This document shows, one piece after another, positions 40,189-53,852 of a stretch of DNA of 64,000 nucleotides (position 1 is its first letter; the number at the start of each line of letters is the position of its first letter). The position numbers were made by a program, and so were the translations under genes. Under the pieces are notes generated by a model. The model saw only the letters and a list, made by a program, of their open reading frames with translations. It did no database searches and had not been told where the DNA came from. Source of the stretch: a bacterium (lineage in GTDB: Bacteria > Zhuqueibacterota > Zhuqueibacteria > Zhuqueibacterales > Zhuqueibacteraceae); the NCBI GenBank assembly GCA_044869275.1, contig JBIOXB010000223.1:64001-128000 (forward strand), in the 5' to 3' direction.

Positions 40189-41724
40189 TCACGGCGCGGT
40201 GCGCACGCAGCGGAAGCCGTGTTGATTCGCGCGTTGATCATCAGGTGTGGCCGCTCCGGCACGATCGGCCAAGCGCAGCAGCTGGGCTGCGGCTTTCCAT
40301 GCGCCGCCGCGTAGTCCGGAACCTGTGGCGCCGGTTACGCCGCGGGGGGCATAAGCATCAATTCCCGGCCAGTCCTTATTCGTGGCGTTGCCATTGAATC
40401 CCGCCACAGCCGAAAGCTCGCCGTCGCCGTGCGTGCCCGTGAAGCGGCGCCCTGCTGCATTCCCCAGAGTGACGGCGCGCTCGAATACATTCCCGCTCAA
40501 TTCCATTACGCCATAAAAAGAAGCACCGGCTTGCGCACGATCGCCGCCGGAAGCTGCCGCAAAAATTCCCGCACGCACCGGCCCATTGATGCCGGAATCG
40601 AAATTGGCGTTTGCACCGGAGGGACTGGCAGCCTCACTGCCGCTGCCATCGGTGCCAAGGTGCTCGGTTTGCCGCGTGATTTCGGCGCTGCCCCAAACGA
40701 ACTCGCCGCTGACGGCGGATTGATCCCCGCGGCTCGCTTTCTCAAACTCCAGCTCCGTCATGGGCCGCAAGCCGGCCCAGTCGGCATAGGCTGCGCCATC
40801 TTGCCAGGACAGAAAATTGCAGGCGCGATCGGGCGCGGTAGCGGCGAACACCGGATAGCCTCCGGCGATGGTCCCGCGAAAAGTCACATAATCCGTCGCA
40901 CCGGAGACGGCGCGCTGCTGGGCCTCTGTGCTCGTCAACAGATTCAAAAAATCGGCATATTGTCCCTGTGTGATTTCGTGCTTCATCAGGTAGAAGGCGG
41001 AGACACCCTTGGGAAATTTTTCAGATAGTTTCTGTTTGAGGTGGTCATTGAAGTCGTCTTCATGGGTCATGCCTTCCGCATTGTTATTGCCGAGGCTCCC
41101 CTTCCTGCCACCGCCCAGAGTGATATCGTCTTCTTCTTCGACCTCGAAAGGCTGGCCGGAATCGCCGTCTTCAAATTGCCCGCTGACGGGATGAGGATGG
41201 ATATCACCTGCATAGAAACTGCCAGAAGGAATGTACACCATTTCGAGCGCAATGACTTTTGCAATCACCGCACTGCCTATGCTGTTAACGCCGTCAATGG
41301 CATACTTCCAGCGCAATTGGACGTCCTGCCAACTGTTCGCGCCGGTGCCGTTGTATTTACGGAATATGAAAACGCCCTTGCCCCCCGGCACGGCTTTCAA
41401 TTTCGCGGGCACACCATTGTCGTTCAGAACGCTATGTTCGTCACTTTTGGACGAAAGCGTTGCATGCCGCCAGCTCTGGCCGCCATCGGTGCTGAATTTC
41501 ACGAAGACCCAAGCCGCGTCATAATTGTACGGCGCCGCTTTACCTGCGTCCTTCAAATCATTGCGCCAGGAATTCTGCCAGCTCAGGTCGAATTCGACTA
41601 TGCCGTGGCTGCCGGCTGCGGCTTCGCGCAGGGCAACATGTTTGACAGCGAGGCCGTTGGCTCGCGCGCTTCCGGTGAGCAGGCCTAGCATCATGAACAA
41701 CCACAGTTTTTTGCCAAGCTTCAT
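40189..41724 (-). CDS. FGE-sulfatase (SUMF1/EgtB/PvdO-like) domain protein, secreted
   Basis: MVYIPSGSF, HEITQGQY, LRPMTELEFEKASRG, ELSGNVFE, RGGAW, GFRCVR. Confidence 0.88.
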   Translation of the reverse strand: MKLGKKLWLFMMLGLLTGSARANGLAVKHVALREAAAGSHGIVEFDLSWQNSWRNDLKDAGKAAPYNYDAAWVFVKFSTDGGQSWRHATLSSKSDEHSVLNDNGVPAKLKAVPGGKGVFIFRKYNGTGANSWQDVQLRWKYAIDGVNSIGSAVIAKVIALEMVYIPSGSFYAGDIHPHPVSGQFEDGDSGQPFEVEEEDDITLGGGRKGSLGNNNAEGMTHEDDFNDHLKQKLSEKFPKGVSAFYLMKHEITQGQYADFLNLLTSTEAQQRAVSGATDYVTFRGTIAGGYPVFAATAPDRACNFLSWQDGAAYADWAGLRPMTELEFEKASRGDQSAVSGEFVWGSAEITRQTEHLGTDGSGSEAASPSGANANFDSGINGPVRAGIFAAASGGDRAQAGASFYGVMELSGNVFERAVTLGNAAGRRFTGTHGDGELSAVAGFNGNATNKDWPGIDAYAPRGVTGATGSGLRGGAWKAAAQLLRLADRAGAATPDDQRANQHGFRCVRTAP

Positions 41725-42292
41725 TTTAGTCTCTCCACAAAATGGAAATAGGTGCAAGCGCTTGCCTGCAGATCAATTTCAACCGATGGGATATGCCGAA
41801 TCAAAATTAAAAAGTCAACAAAAAAAAGCTGTGGCAGGCATTCATGCGCGCACATTTTTTGAACTCAGGCCTCATGAGAGATGAGTAGCACATTGCCAGT
41901 TGACTTTAGACAGAAGAGAGAGGTGGTAAGGTGATCTGAAAGGTTGGGAACTTTCGGGAAGGAAAGGCGTTCCCTTCACAGCAATCAAAATGACAATCGA
42001 AATCGGGGCTTAATATCGCACGTTGATTTTTACCGAATAATTCGAGTTTCTGCGGAGTCCGGCGGAGAATTTCTAAATACCATCATCAAGTAATCTACCC
42101 AATGCTGCATATTCTGGTCAAAAATCAGCCAGACTGATTCAGAATGGAATATTATTACACTGCTGCAACTTTTTTTTGAAGCAATTGATAAATAAATTCA
42201 GTAACTTAGTGTTGGCATGTGTTTTGTGGTACTTTTTATGTGATTCGAAACTTACAACTCCGTAGATTGTGGCAAGGAAGGAGGTGGCTGCG

Positions 42293-43318
42293 TTGCCAAA
42301 AAAAATATCGCTGAAATTGCCGCTGTTGTTCGGGCTGCTGTTGCTAGGAAGAGTACAAAGCCTGGCGCAACAAGAAAGTTTCAATCGCGGCTCTGAAGAA
42401 CGAAGTCCGGCCCAGATATTGGCCTATGCAGAAAGCGGCAAAGATCGAGACGGCGACGGCCTTAGTGACCAGGCCGAAAAGGAATTCGGCACCAACCCCA
42501 AATCTCCAGACACCGACCAGGACGGCTTGGTCGACACCGATGAAGTTTTGATCTATCACACCGACCCTCTCCAAGCTGACTCCGACTACGATAATCTTTC
42601 CGATCTCGATGAGATCATGAAATACTTGACGCAACCGCAGGAAGCTGACACCGATCAGGATGGCCTGGAAGACGGCACAGAGCTTTTCGCGCGCGGCACC
42701 AATCCCCTCAAAGCTGACTCGGATAACGATGGCCTGAGCGATGGCGAAGAATTGATGACGTATCATACTCATCCTCTCATTGCGGATTCAGATTCCGATG
42801 GCGTCAAAGACGGGATAGAGGTCGATCGCTTCGTTTCCAACCCGAACGAGCGCGACACGGACGGCGACGGTGTTGACGACGGCCGTGATAAATGCCCAAC
42901 CGAAGCCGCGAGCGCAAATAGCATGGGCACCACCGAGGGCTGCCCGGATTTTAAGCCGCAAATTTGGATGGAAGTCGATCAAGTGATCGTACTGGTGGGA
43001 GTGAATTTTCTCGCGGGCGAGGCCCGGCCCACGCCGCAGTCGGTGGAGGCGCTGGAGCGAGTTTACAACACGCTCATGGAAAACCCCGAGGTGTCTTTTG
43101 AGATTCAAGGCCATGCCGATGGCGCCGGCGATGTGAATACGAATCTGCGCCTGTCGCAGCGCCGCGCCCAAGCGGTTTTTGAGTATTTCACGCAGCGAGG
43201 GGTCGCGTCCGCACGATTGCGCGCCACAGGTTTTGGCGAAAGCTATCCTATCGCTTCGAATGATACGGCCGAAGGCCGCGCGAAAAACCGGCGTATTGAG
43301 CTGCACCGGTTGCAATAA
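42293..43318 (+). CDS. OmpA-family protein with Ca-binding DxDxDG (TSP3-like) repeats
   Basis: DTDQDGLxD repeats; IQGHAD, NLRLSQRRA, GFGESYP, NRRIE; GGAGG RBS before TTG 42293. Confidence 0.92.
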   Translation: MPKKISLKLPLLFGLLLLGRVQSLAQQESFNRGSEERSPAQILAYAESGKDRDGDGLSDQAEKEFGTNPKSPDTDQDGLVDTDEVLIYHTDPLQADSDYDNLSDLDEIMKYLTQPQEADTDQDGLEDGTELFARGTNPLKADSDNDGLSDGEELMTYHTHPLIADSDSDGVKDGIEVDRFVSNPNERDTDGDGVDDGRDKCPTEAASANSMGTTEGCPDFKPQIWMEVDQVIVLVGVNFLAGEARPTPQSVEALERVYNTLMENPEVSFEIQGHADGAGDVNTNLRLSQRRAQAVFEYFTQRGVASARLRATGFGESYPIASNDTAEGRAKNRRIELHRLQ

Positions 43319-43585
43319 AGTTCACATTACCTTTTCCCGCCCCATTTTCTGCTCAGCGCAAGCCAGGCGCTATTTTGTTTGGCAGAACGAGCATTACTCC
43401 CACCATTCGAATTTTTTCTCATCTCAGTTTTTTAAGGAAAGAATCTTGCTTTAGGGCGATCAATTCAGTCTTTCAATTATTTCGGATTTCAGTTCAAATA
43501 TTGATTTTCATCAAGATAGATTGAACTAGAGTAGGAGAATAATGTCAGTTGAACGGGGAGAAATAAAAATAAGTTTTAAAAAAGC

Positions 43586-43614
43586 TTGCTTTCGCGTACA
43601 CAATGTATTATATT
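43586..43614 (+). promoter_or_regulatory. Sigma70-type rRNA promoter with upstream A-tracts; boxA-like motif at 43655-43666
   Basis: TTGCTT-17bp-TATATT; AGTTCTTTGAAA downstream, second boxA AGTTCTTTGACA at 45854-45865. Confidence 0.7.
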
Positions 43615-43724
43615 TGCTTCTGCGCCTGACAAAAATCGGGCGATGGATTTCTAGAGTTCTTTGAAAAAATCAGAGCGTGCACGGCCCAAAAGTTGTGCAA
43701 AGTCAATGCCTTGAGTCAAACAAT

Positions 43725-45261
<1,537 letters not shown>

Positions 45262-45479
45262 GAGAGTCTCGCTCACTGGCTTCGGCTGGTGAATATTTAA
45301 GAGACTTTAACCCCACGACTTCGCGCAACCCAGGGAGTGTACGCTCTGTCTATAATTTTTGGTTTCAACGCAAGAGGGCAAAGCTGTTTGGGGCAAAACA
45401 ATTGACTTGATGTTTGATCGTTTTGGCCATGATGGTTTTGCCTTCTTGTTCATTGCTTCAATAATCTGCTGAAGTACGA

Positions 45480-45553
<74 letters not shown>

Positions 45554-45665
45554 CTGCGTTTTGAAAGGCAAAAAGAAAGCAGCAAAAAGAAAAAAGCAAA
45601 GAAAACCAAGAAGGTCTGAAAATAATTGCATTTTGCATTTTTCTCTTTGCTTTTTGTTTCACAAC

Positions 45666-45738
45666 GGGGCTGTAGCTCAGTTGGGAGAGCGTCGGTTTTG
45701 CAAGCCGAAGGTCGTCGGTTCGATCCCGATCAGCTCCA
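45666..45738 (+). tRNA. tRNA-Ala(TGC), CCA not encoded
   Basis: GGGGCTG...CAGCTCCA with G3:U70; anticodon loop TT-TGC-AA. Confidence 0.97.
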
Positions 45739-45919
45739 CTCTGAGTAGCAAAAAGAAAATAGCAAAAAGAAAATAGCAAAAAGAAAATAGAAAAAAGAAA
45801 ATAGAAAATCTGTTTGTGGTTTGTTTTTTGAATTTTGCTTTTTGTTTTACAAGAGTTCTTTGACAATTGCGCTGTAAAAATCTCGAGCTAAATACTTTCT
45901 ACTGTGTAGGAAGATATTT

Positions 45920-48931
<3,012 letters not shown>

Positions 48932-49011
48932 AATTTTTTTTATCTACACAGTAGAAAGTATGCAGCTTGAGAAAGCTTTTACAGCGCAATTTTGTTCTTG
49001 TGAATAATAAA

Positions 49012-49129
49012 TTCCGGCGGCTATAGCGAAGGGGTTCCACCTCTTCCCATTCCGAACAGAGCCGTTAAGCCCTTCAGCGCCGATGGTACTGCCTTGGTAA
49101 CGAGGTGGGAGAGTAGGTCGTCGCCGGGA
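49012..49129 (+). rRNA. rrf: 5S rRNA
   Basis: CCCATTCCGAAC, GCCGATGGTACT, GGGAGAGTAGG; terminal stem. Confidence 0.97.
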
Positions 49130-49138
49130 TCTAATTTT

Positions 49139-49173
49139 AAAGGCCATGTGCGTTAAGCATCATGGCCTTTTTT
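49139..49173 (+). terminator. Intrinsic terminator of the rRNA operon
   Basis: AAAGGCCATG...CATGGCCTTT followed by a T tract. Confidence 0.85.
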
Positions 49174-49429
49174 GTTTTGATCAATTCTACGCCAGATTTT
49201 GTTTCTACGTTCGCTAATTTTGCTCACGAGAATAAGAGAATCTATGCCAAGCTAGAAAGGTATTCTTCAAACATCAAGGGAATAGGTTCGATGTTTCGTA
49301 TTTGAGTAACGCGTCGAAACTTTTCGACGAGTTTGTTGACCGCCGGATCAATGAGAATGAGCTTTTTACACTATCGCGCTCGTTGTTCAACGAGAGGTAT
49401 TTCTTTCGCTCCCGTCGCTGAATTCTATT

Positions 49430-49711
49430 TCAAATGGATTCCAAACCAATTTCGGAAGCTTGCTTGCAAAGCTTTCCATTTGCAACAAGATATTCAATAG
49501 ACAAATCCTCGTCAACAGCCGGCCAATGAATTCCCGCTTTGGGGCCAATCCACTCCCATTCTGTTAGCAGCGAAGAATCGATGAGCCGCAAACGCTCAGA
49601 AATATCGAGCAAAGAACAGCAATATATTTTTCCGTCTTCAAGGGTGATCTCCACAACTCGTGTCCTCGGGTCTACTTTGGCGGCAGCAGCACATAAAAAG
49701 GGACTATTCAT
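49430..49711 (-). CDS. DUF2442 protein (putative antitoxin)
   Basis: GIHWPAVDEDLSIEYL motif; ATGA-coupled to DUF4160. Confidence 0.85.
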   Translation of the reverse strand: MNSPFLCAAAAKVDPRTRVVEITLEDGKIYCCSLLDISERLRLIDSSLLTEWEWIGPKAGIHWPAVDEDLSIEYLVANGKLCKQASEIGLESI

Positions 49712-49950
49712 GATTGTTCTCCACAAAATTTATGCCAACGCATGCTGATGTAAGCTTGATTGTCGGCAACAATTTTTAGAATTCTGTGTTCCTCGTGTTG
49801 TCGAAAACCAACTGATTTTGCAATTTTCAGACTTTCGATCCATATTTTCGCGAGCCCGTTTCCGCGTGTAACATGGATATGCATCGGCTCTTCGCAATCT
49901 TTGGGATAGAAGAAAAAACGAAACCCCTCAGCTCTTAAAACTGTCGGCAT
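49708..49950 (-). CDS. DUF4160 protein (putative toxin)
   Basis: MPTVLRAEGFRFFFY...EEPMHIHV...AKIW. Confidence 0.88.
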   Translation of the reverse strand: MPTVLRAEGFRFFFYPKDCEEPMHIHVTRGNGLAKIWIESLKIAKSVGFRQHEEHRILKIVADNQAYISMRWHKFCGEQS

Positions 49951-50437
49951 ATACCAACCCCCCCTCTTAAAAAATAAAACCCTTTCGAACTTTAGGATGG
50001 TGATCTCTTATGTCAATCGAACTGACAGAAAGGTACACTGTTCTAACAAAAATAACAACAACGATGTTCCTGCGTAATTTGCACCATTCTTCATGAGATT
50101 TAATGCGTTTTCTGCGTCTGGGATTTTTTCAAGCTGAATCGCAGTATTGGGTAAAGGCTCTGGAAAACTATACACGCCAGGCGCATCTTTGAGCGCGAAG
50201 AATGTCTCGCCGCAAACCCGGTTAGCATTTACTGTAAAGCAAATTGACACATCTTTTTACTTATTCAAGCACTAAAGGTCGATTTCAAGATCATTGAGTT
50301 GCAATAACGACCGATCTACAGTTTCTGCCATTCCGTTCTTGTGGGAAATCGCAAAAAAGAACACATATGGACGCAATCGCGCGTGCACAATTTGGACTTA
50401 TAGCATGAATGAATGATCTTGACAAATTAAATCCACC

Positions 50438-50452
50438 TGGCATGCGAGTTGC
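50438..50452 (+). promoter_or_regulatory. Possible sigma54 -24/-12 promoter
   Basis: TGGCATGCGAGTTGC (GG-N10-GC) about 125 bp upstream of the 50579 gene. Confidence 0.45.
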
Positions 50453-50578
50453 GTAAAGCAAAGATAAAAATGTTTGTGGTAAATGGATTGAGCGGATTGA
50501 ACAGATATCTTTGGCAAAGAACTGTTATCTGTTCAATCCGTTGAATCCGTTTACCTCTTCAATAGAAAGGATGGAGCC

Positions 50579-53572
50579 ATGTTGGGAAAATCACATACTG
50601 TTTTCCGGTACGCATTTGCGCTGACACTCTTCATGATAAGCGCAAATGGGGCCCTGGCGCAGCCCGGTTATCAATTCGGCCAAAACAAGGTACAGCACAA
50701 AAACTTTGATTGGAAAGTGCTGCGCACCGGGCATTTCGAGGTGCATTATTACGGTGAAGCCGCGGAAACCGCGGTCGATGCTGCGCGCATGGCCGAGCGC
50801 GGTTATGCGTACTTGAGCGAAACACTTGATCATCATATCAAGAGCAGAATTCCTTTGATTCTCTATGCTTCGCTGAATGATTTTCAACAAACCAATGTTA
50901 TCGATGGCCTGCTCGACGACGGCACGCGGGGCGTCACCGAGTCGCTCAAGAATCGCGTGGTGTTGCCCATCACCGGCTCGTATCGCGAGCTCAATCACGT
51001 GTTGGTGCACGAACTGGTGCACGCGTTCCAGTTCGACATTATCAAAACTCACGACAAAAGCAGCGTGGGAGGGTTCAATCCACCCCTGTGGTTTGTGGAA
51101 GGCATGGCCGAATATCTTTCCGTCGGCATGGACAATATCACGCGCATGTGGGTGCGCGACGGCTTGCTGAATGACAAGCTGCTCACGGTCGACGAGCTCA
51201 ATGGCGCATTCGACATTCGTGTGTATCGCCTGGGTGAATCGCTGTGGCATTACGTGGGCGAAAAGCACGGCAAAAAGAAAGTCGGCCTAATCTTGAAAAA
51301 TGCCGTCACCTTCGGCGATCTCGAGGGCGCGTTCAAAGAGAACCTGGGCATGAATTTCAAACAACTGACCACGGCCTGGCACGCTGCGGTGCGCGCGCAA
51401 GTTTTGCCGCAGGAGCAAAATGCCTTTCCCAAACCGGAAGACGTCGCGCAGCGGCTTTCCCAGCAAGCTGGTTATTTCCATCGTTTGAATCTGGTGCCTG
51501 CGGTCAGCCCCGACGGCAGGCATATCGCCTACGTCGCCAACAAAAACCTGGTCGAAGACATCTATTTGCTCTCGCAGCGCCCGGACGGCAAATGGGAAGA
51601 TCGCCAATTGGTGAAGGGCGGACAAAGCCGTGATTTCGAATCGCTGCGCTTTTTCGACACCACCATCAACTGGTCTCGCGACGGCAAACGTCTGGCTTTT
51701 ATATCGAAATCCGGCAAAGACGACGCGCTGTTTGTGATGGATCCGTTCAACCATCGCATCATCCACAAGCTGGTATTTGCGGAATTGAATGGCTTGACCT
51801 CACCGAGCTTCTCGCCGGATGGAGATATGCTGGTATTCGCCGGCATGCGCGGCGGGCGCTCAGATTTGTACACGGTCAACCTGAGTGAAACCAAATTGCA
51901 GCGCCTGACGCAGGACCGTTTTGCGGAGTTGCAGCCACAATGGTCGCCCGATGGGAAGTCGATTTTGTTCGTCACCGATCGCGGCGAAGGCACGAACGAA
52001 GAAAAGTTGCTGTTTGGCGATTGGGACTTGGGGCGGTATTCGCTGGCCACGGGCGAGATCACCTTGCTCACGCATCTCAACGGCGATGCCATCAACCCGC
52101 AGTGGTCTCCCGATGGCAGCGAGATCGCCTTTATCTCCAATCATCAAGGGGTCGCCAATATCTATCGCTTGAATATCGCCAGCGGAATCATTACGCCCAT
52201 GACGCGGCTGCAAACGGGCGTCACCGGCATCACCGAAACCACGCCCGCGATGAGCTGGTCCGCCAACGGCCACACGCTGGTCTTCTCGACGTTTTGGAAA
52301 GGCGGCTGGCAGCTTTATCGCATGGAGGTGCCAGAAGCACTGCCGTTAACGACATTCAACTTGAGCCCCGGTCTCGATGAAATCATCTTCACGCATCGCG
52401 CTTCCGACTCCTCCCTGGTGAGCACGATCATCGCATCAGATTCTGCGTGGCTGCCCTCCGTCCCCGACCCGAACGTCCTATTTGCCGGTTATGCTCTGAC
52501 AGATACCGGGGCCATCGAATCGCGGAATTACAGCAGTTTTCCCAAATTTACCGCAGCTTCCGTTGGCGCCAGCTTTGGCGGCGGATATTTCGGCAACGTC
52601 GGCGGTGCGCAGTTTCTGTTTAGCGACATGCTCAACCATCACAATTTGATTTTTTCGGCCAATCTGCGCCGCAGCATCAGCAACACCGACGTGGGCCTGG
52701 TTTATTTGAACCAGAGCCGGCGCATCCATTGGGGCGTGGAGACGTATCAAATCAAGAACCAGTTCGGCGCTTTCGCGACTTTTGACGCGGCGGGATTTGT
52801 GAACCAAACGTATCGGAGCCTGAGCGGGTTCGTGTTCTTCCCGTTCAGCAAGTTTTCAAGATTGGAAGTGAGCGCGGGTGCCACTTTCGTGAGCCAGAAT
52901 CTATTCGTTGACCGTATTGATTATGACCGCGGCGAGCTCGTGCGTGAAAAGCAGAAACTCGAAGGCGCCACGTTCGCACAGTACGGCGCGGCGTTGGTCT
53001 TTGACAACACTGTCAATGGCCCTCTCGGCCCGATGCGCGGCAAGCGCAGCCGGCTGGAAGTGCAGCGCACGACCAATGATTTCAAGTTCACCACGGCGGT
53101 GCTGGATTACCGCCGCTATTACAATGTCAAGCAACGTTCGGTTTTGGCGTGGCGCGTTTTGGGCGGCGCGAGCTTCGAGCGTGATGCGCAGGTTTTTCAA
53201 ATCGGCGGGCCATATACTTTTCGCGGCTCCGATTACGGCCAGGTGGTGGGCACGCGTTTTCTCGTGACGAGCCTCGAATATCGCTTTCCATTGCTGCCTT
53301 TCCTGCCGCCTTCGGCGGACTTGTTGAGCGCGGTGGCTTTTGCCGACGCGGCTTCCGGCTGGGGTTTGAATGTGCCGGGATTGGTGAAGGAAAGTTTTCA
53401 GCCTTTCTCGACGCAGGGCGGGTTTCACCTGCAGGATTTGCGCGGCGCCGTCGGGGTGGGCGCGCGTTTGAATCTCGGGTTGTTGCAGTTCAAATACGAT
53501 GTCGCCTGGCCGACGGATGCGAGAGACTTTGGCAAGCCGATGCGTTTGTTTTCGATCGGCACTGATTTCTGA
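50579..53572 (+). CDS. Peptidase MA-like (HExxH) + PD40/TolB-like propeller + BamA/TamA-type beta-barrel protein
   Basis: FGQNKVQ, HELVHAFQ, WFVEGMAEY, PxWSPDG repeats, FRG motif, terminal FSIGTDF. Confidence 0.88.
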   Translation: MLGKSHTVFRYAFALTLFMISANGALAQPGYQFGQNKVQHKNFDWKVLRTGHFEVHYYGEAAETAVDAARMAERGYAYLSETLDHHIKSRIPLILYASLNDFQQTNVIDGLLDDGTRGVTESLKNRVVLPITGSYRELNHVLVHELVHAFQFDIIKTHDKSSVGGFNPPLWFVEGMAEYLSVGMDNITRMWVRDGLLNDKLLTVDELNGAFDIRVYRLGESLWHYVGEKHGKKKVGLILKNAVTFGDLEGAFKENLGMNFKQLTTAWHAAVRAQVLPQEQNAFPKPEDVAQRLSQQAGYFHRLNLVPAVSPDGRHIAYVANKNLVEDIYLLSQRPDGKWEDRQLVKGGQSRDFESLRFFDTTINWSRDGKRLAFISKSGKDDALFVMDPFNHRIIHKLVFAELNGLTSPSFSPDGDMLVFAGMRGGRSDLYTVNLSETKLQRLTQDRFAELQPQWSPDGKSILFVTDRGEGTNEEKLLFGDWDLGRYSLATGEITLLTHLNGDAINPQWSPDGSEIAFISNHQGVANIYRLNIASGIITPMTRLQTGVTGITETTPAMSWSANGHTLVFSTFWKGGWQLYRMEVPEALPLTTFNLSPGLDEIIFTHRASDSSLVSTIIASDSAWLPSVPDPNVLFAGYALTDTGAIESRNYSSFPKFTAASVGASFGGGYFGNVGGAQFLFSDMLNHHNLIFSANLRRSISNTDVGLVYLNQSRRIHWGVETYQIKNQFGAFATFDAAGFVNQTYRSLSGFVFFPFSKFSRLEVSAGATFVSQNLFVDRIDYDRGELVREKQKLEGATFAQYGAALVFDNTVNGPLGPMRGKRSRLEVQRTTNDFKFTTAVLDYRRYYNVKQRSVLAWRVLGGASFERDAQVFQIGGPYTFRGSDYGQVVGTRFLVTSLEYRFPLLPFLPPSADLLSAVAFADAASGWGLNVPGLVKESFQPFSTQGGFHLQDLRGAVGVGARLNLGLLQFKYDVAWPTDARDFGKPMRLFSIGTDF

Positions 53573-53720
53573 GTCTCACCTCCCCGTAAAATACAGAGCA
53601 AGTTTTTCGCGCACGGAAATCGAACACCTACGGAATTGAAGTCAAGAAATGCTTCCGTGGGAGTGCATTTCCGTGAGCTCGGCTTTCAGATTTAATTTAA
53701 GGTAGATGAGCTAATCGCAC

Positions 53721-53762
53721 AAAAGCGCAGCAGGATCAAGAATGACCCTGCTGCGCTTTTTT
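53721..53762. terminator. Intrinsic terminator-like hairpin (possibly bidirectional)
   Basis: AAAAGCGCAGCAGG...CCTGCTGCGCTTTTTT. Confidence 0.7.
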
Positions 53763-53852
53763 GTTCTTGCAGCAGTGAAGAGCTTTCACTAACTTCGGAC
53801 GCATCGTTGTGTTAGACGGGGGCAAAATAAAATTTCTCATGAGACCAGAACA

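Noticed and set aside
40189..40330. Possible diversity-generating retroelement variable region at the FGE-sulfatase C-terminus
   Set aside because: No template repeat, reverse transcriptase or avd-like gene was found in the window.
42213..42227. Sigma54-like TGGCATGTGTTTTGT upstream of the OmpA gene
   Set aside because: The -12 element is GT rather than GC, which is too weak to call.
49200..50350. Low-GC short frames flanking the DUF4160/DUF2442 pair (e.g. 50008-50250)
   Set aside because: No convincing start/RBS or recognisable family; possibly gene remnants but unsupported.
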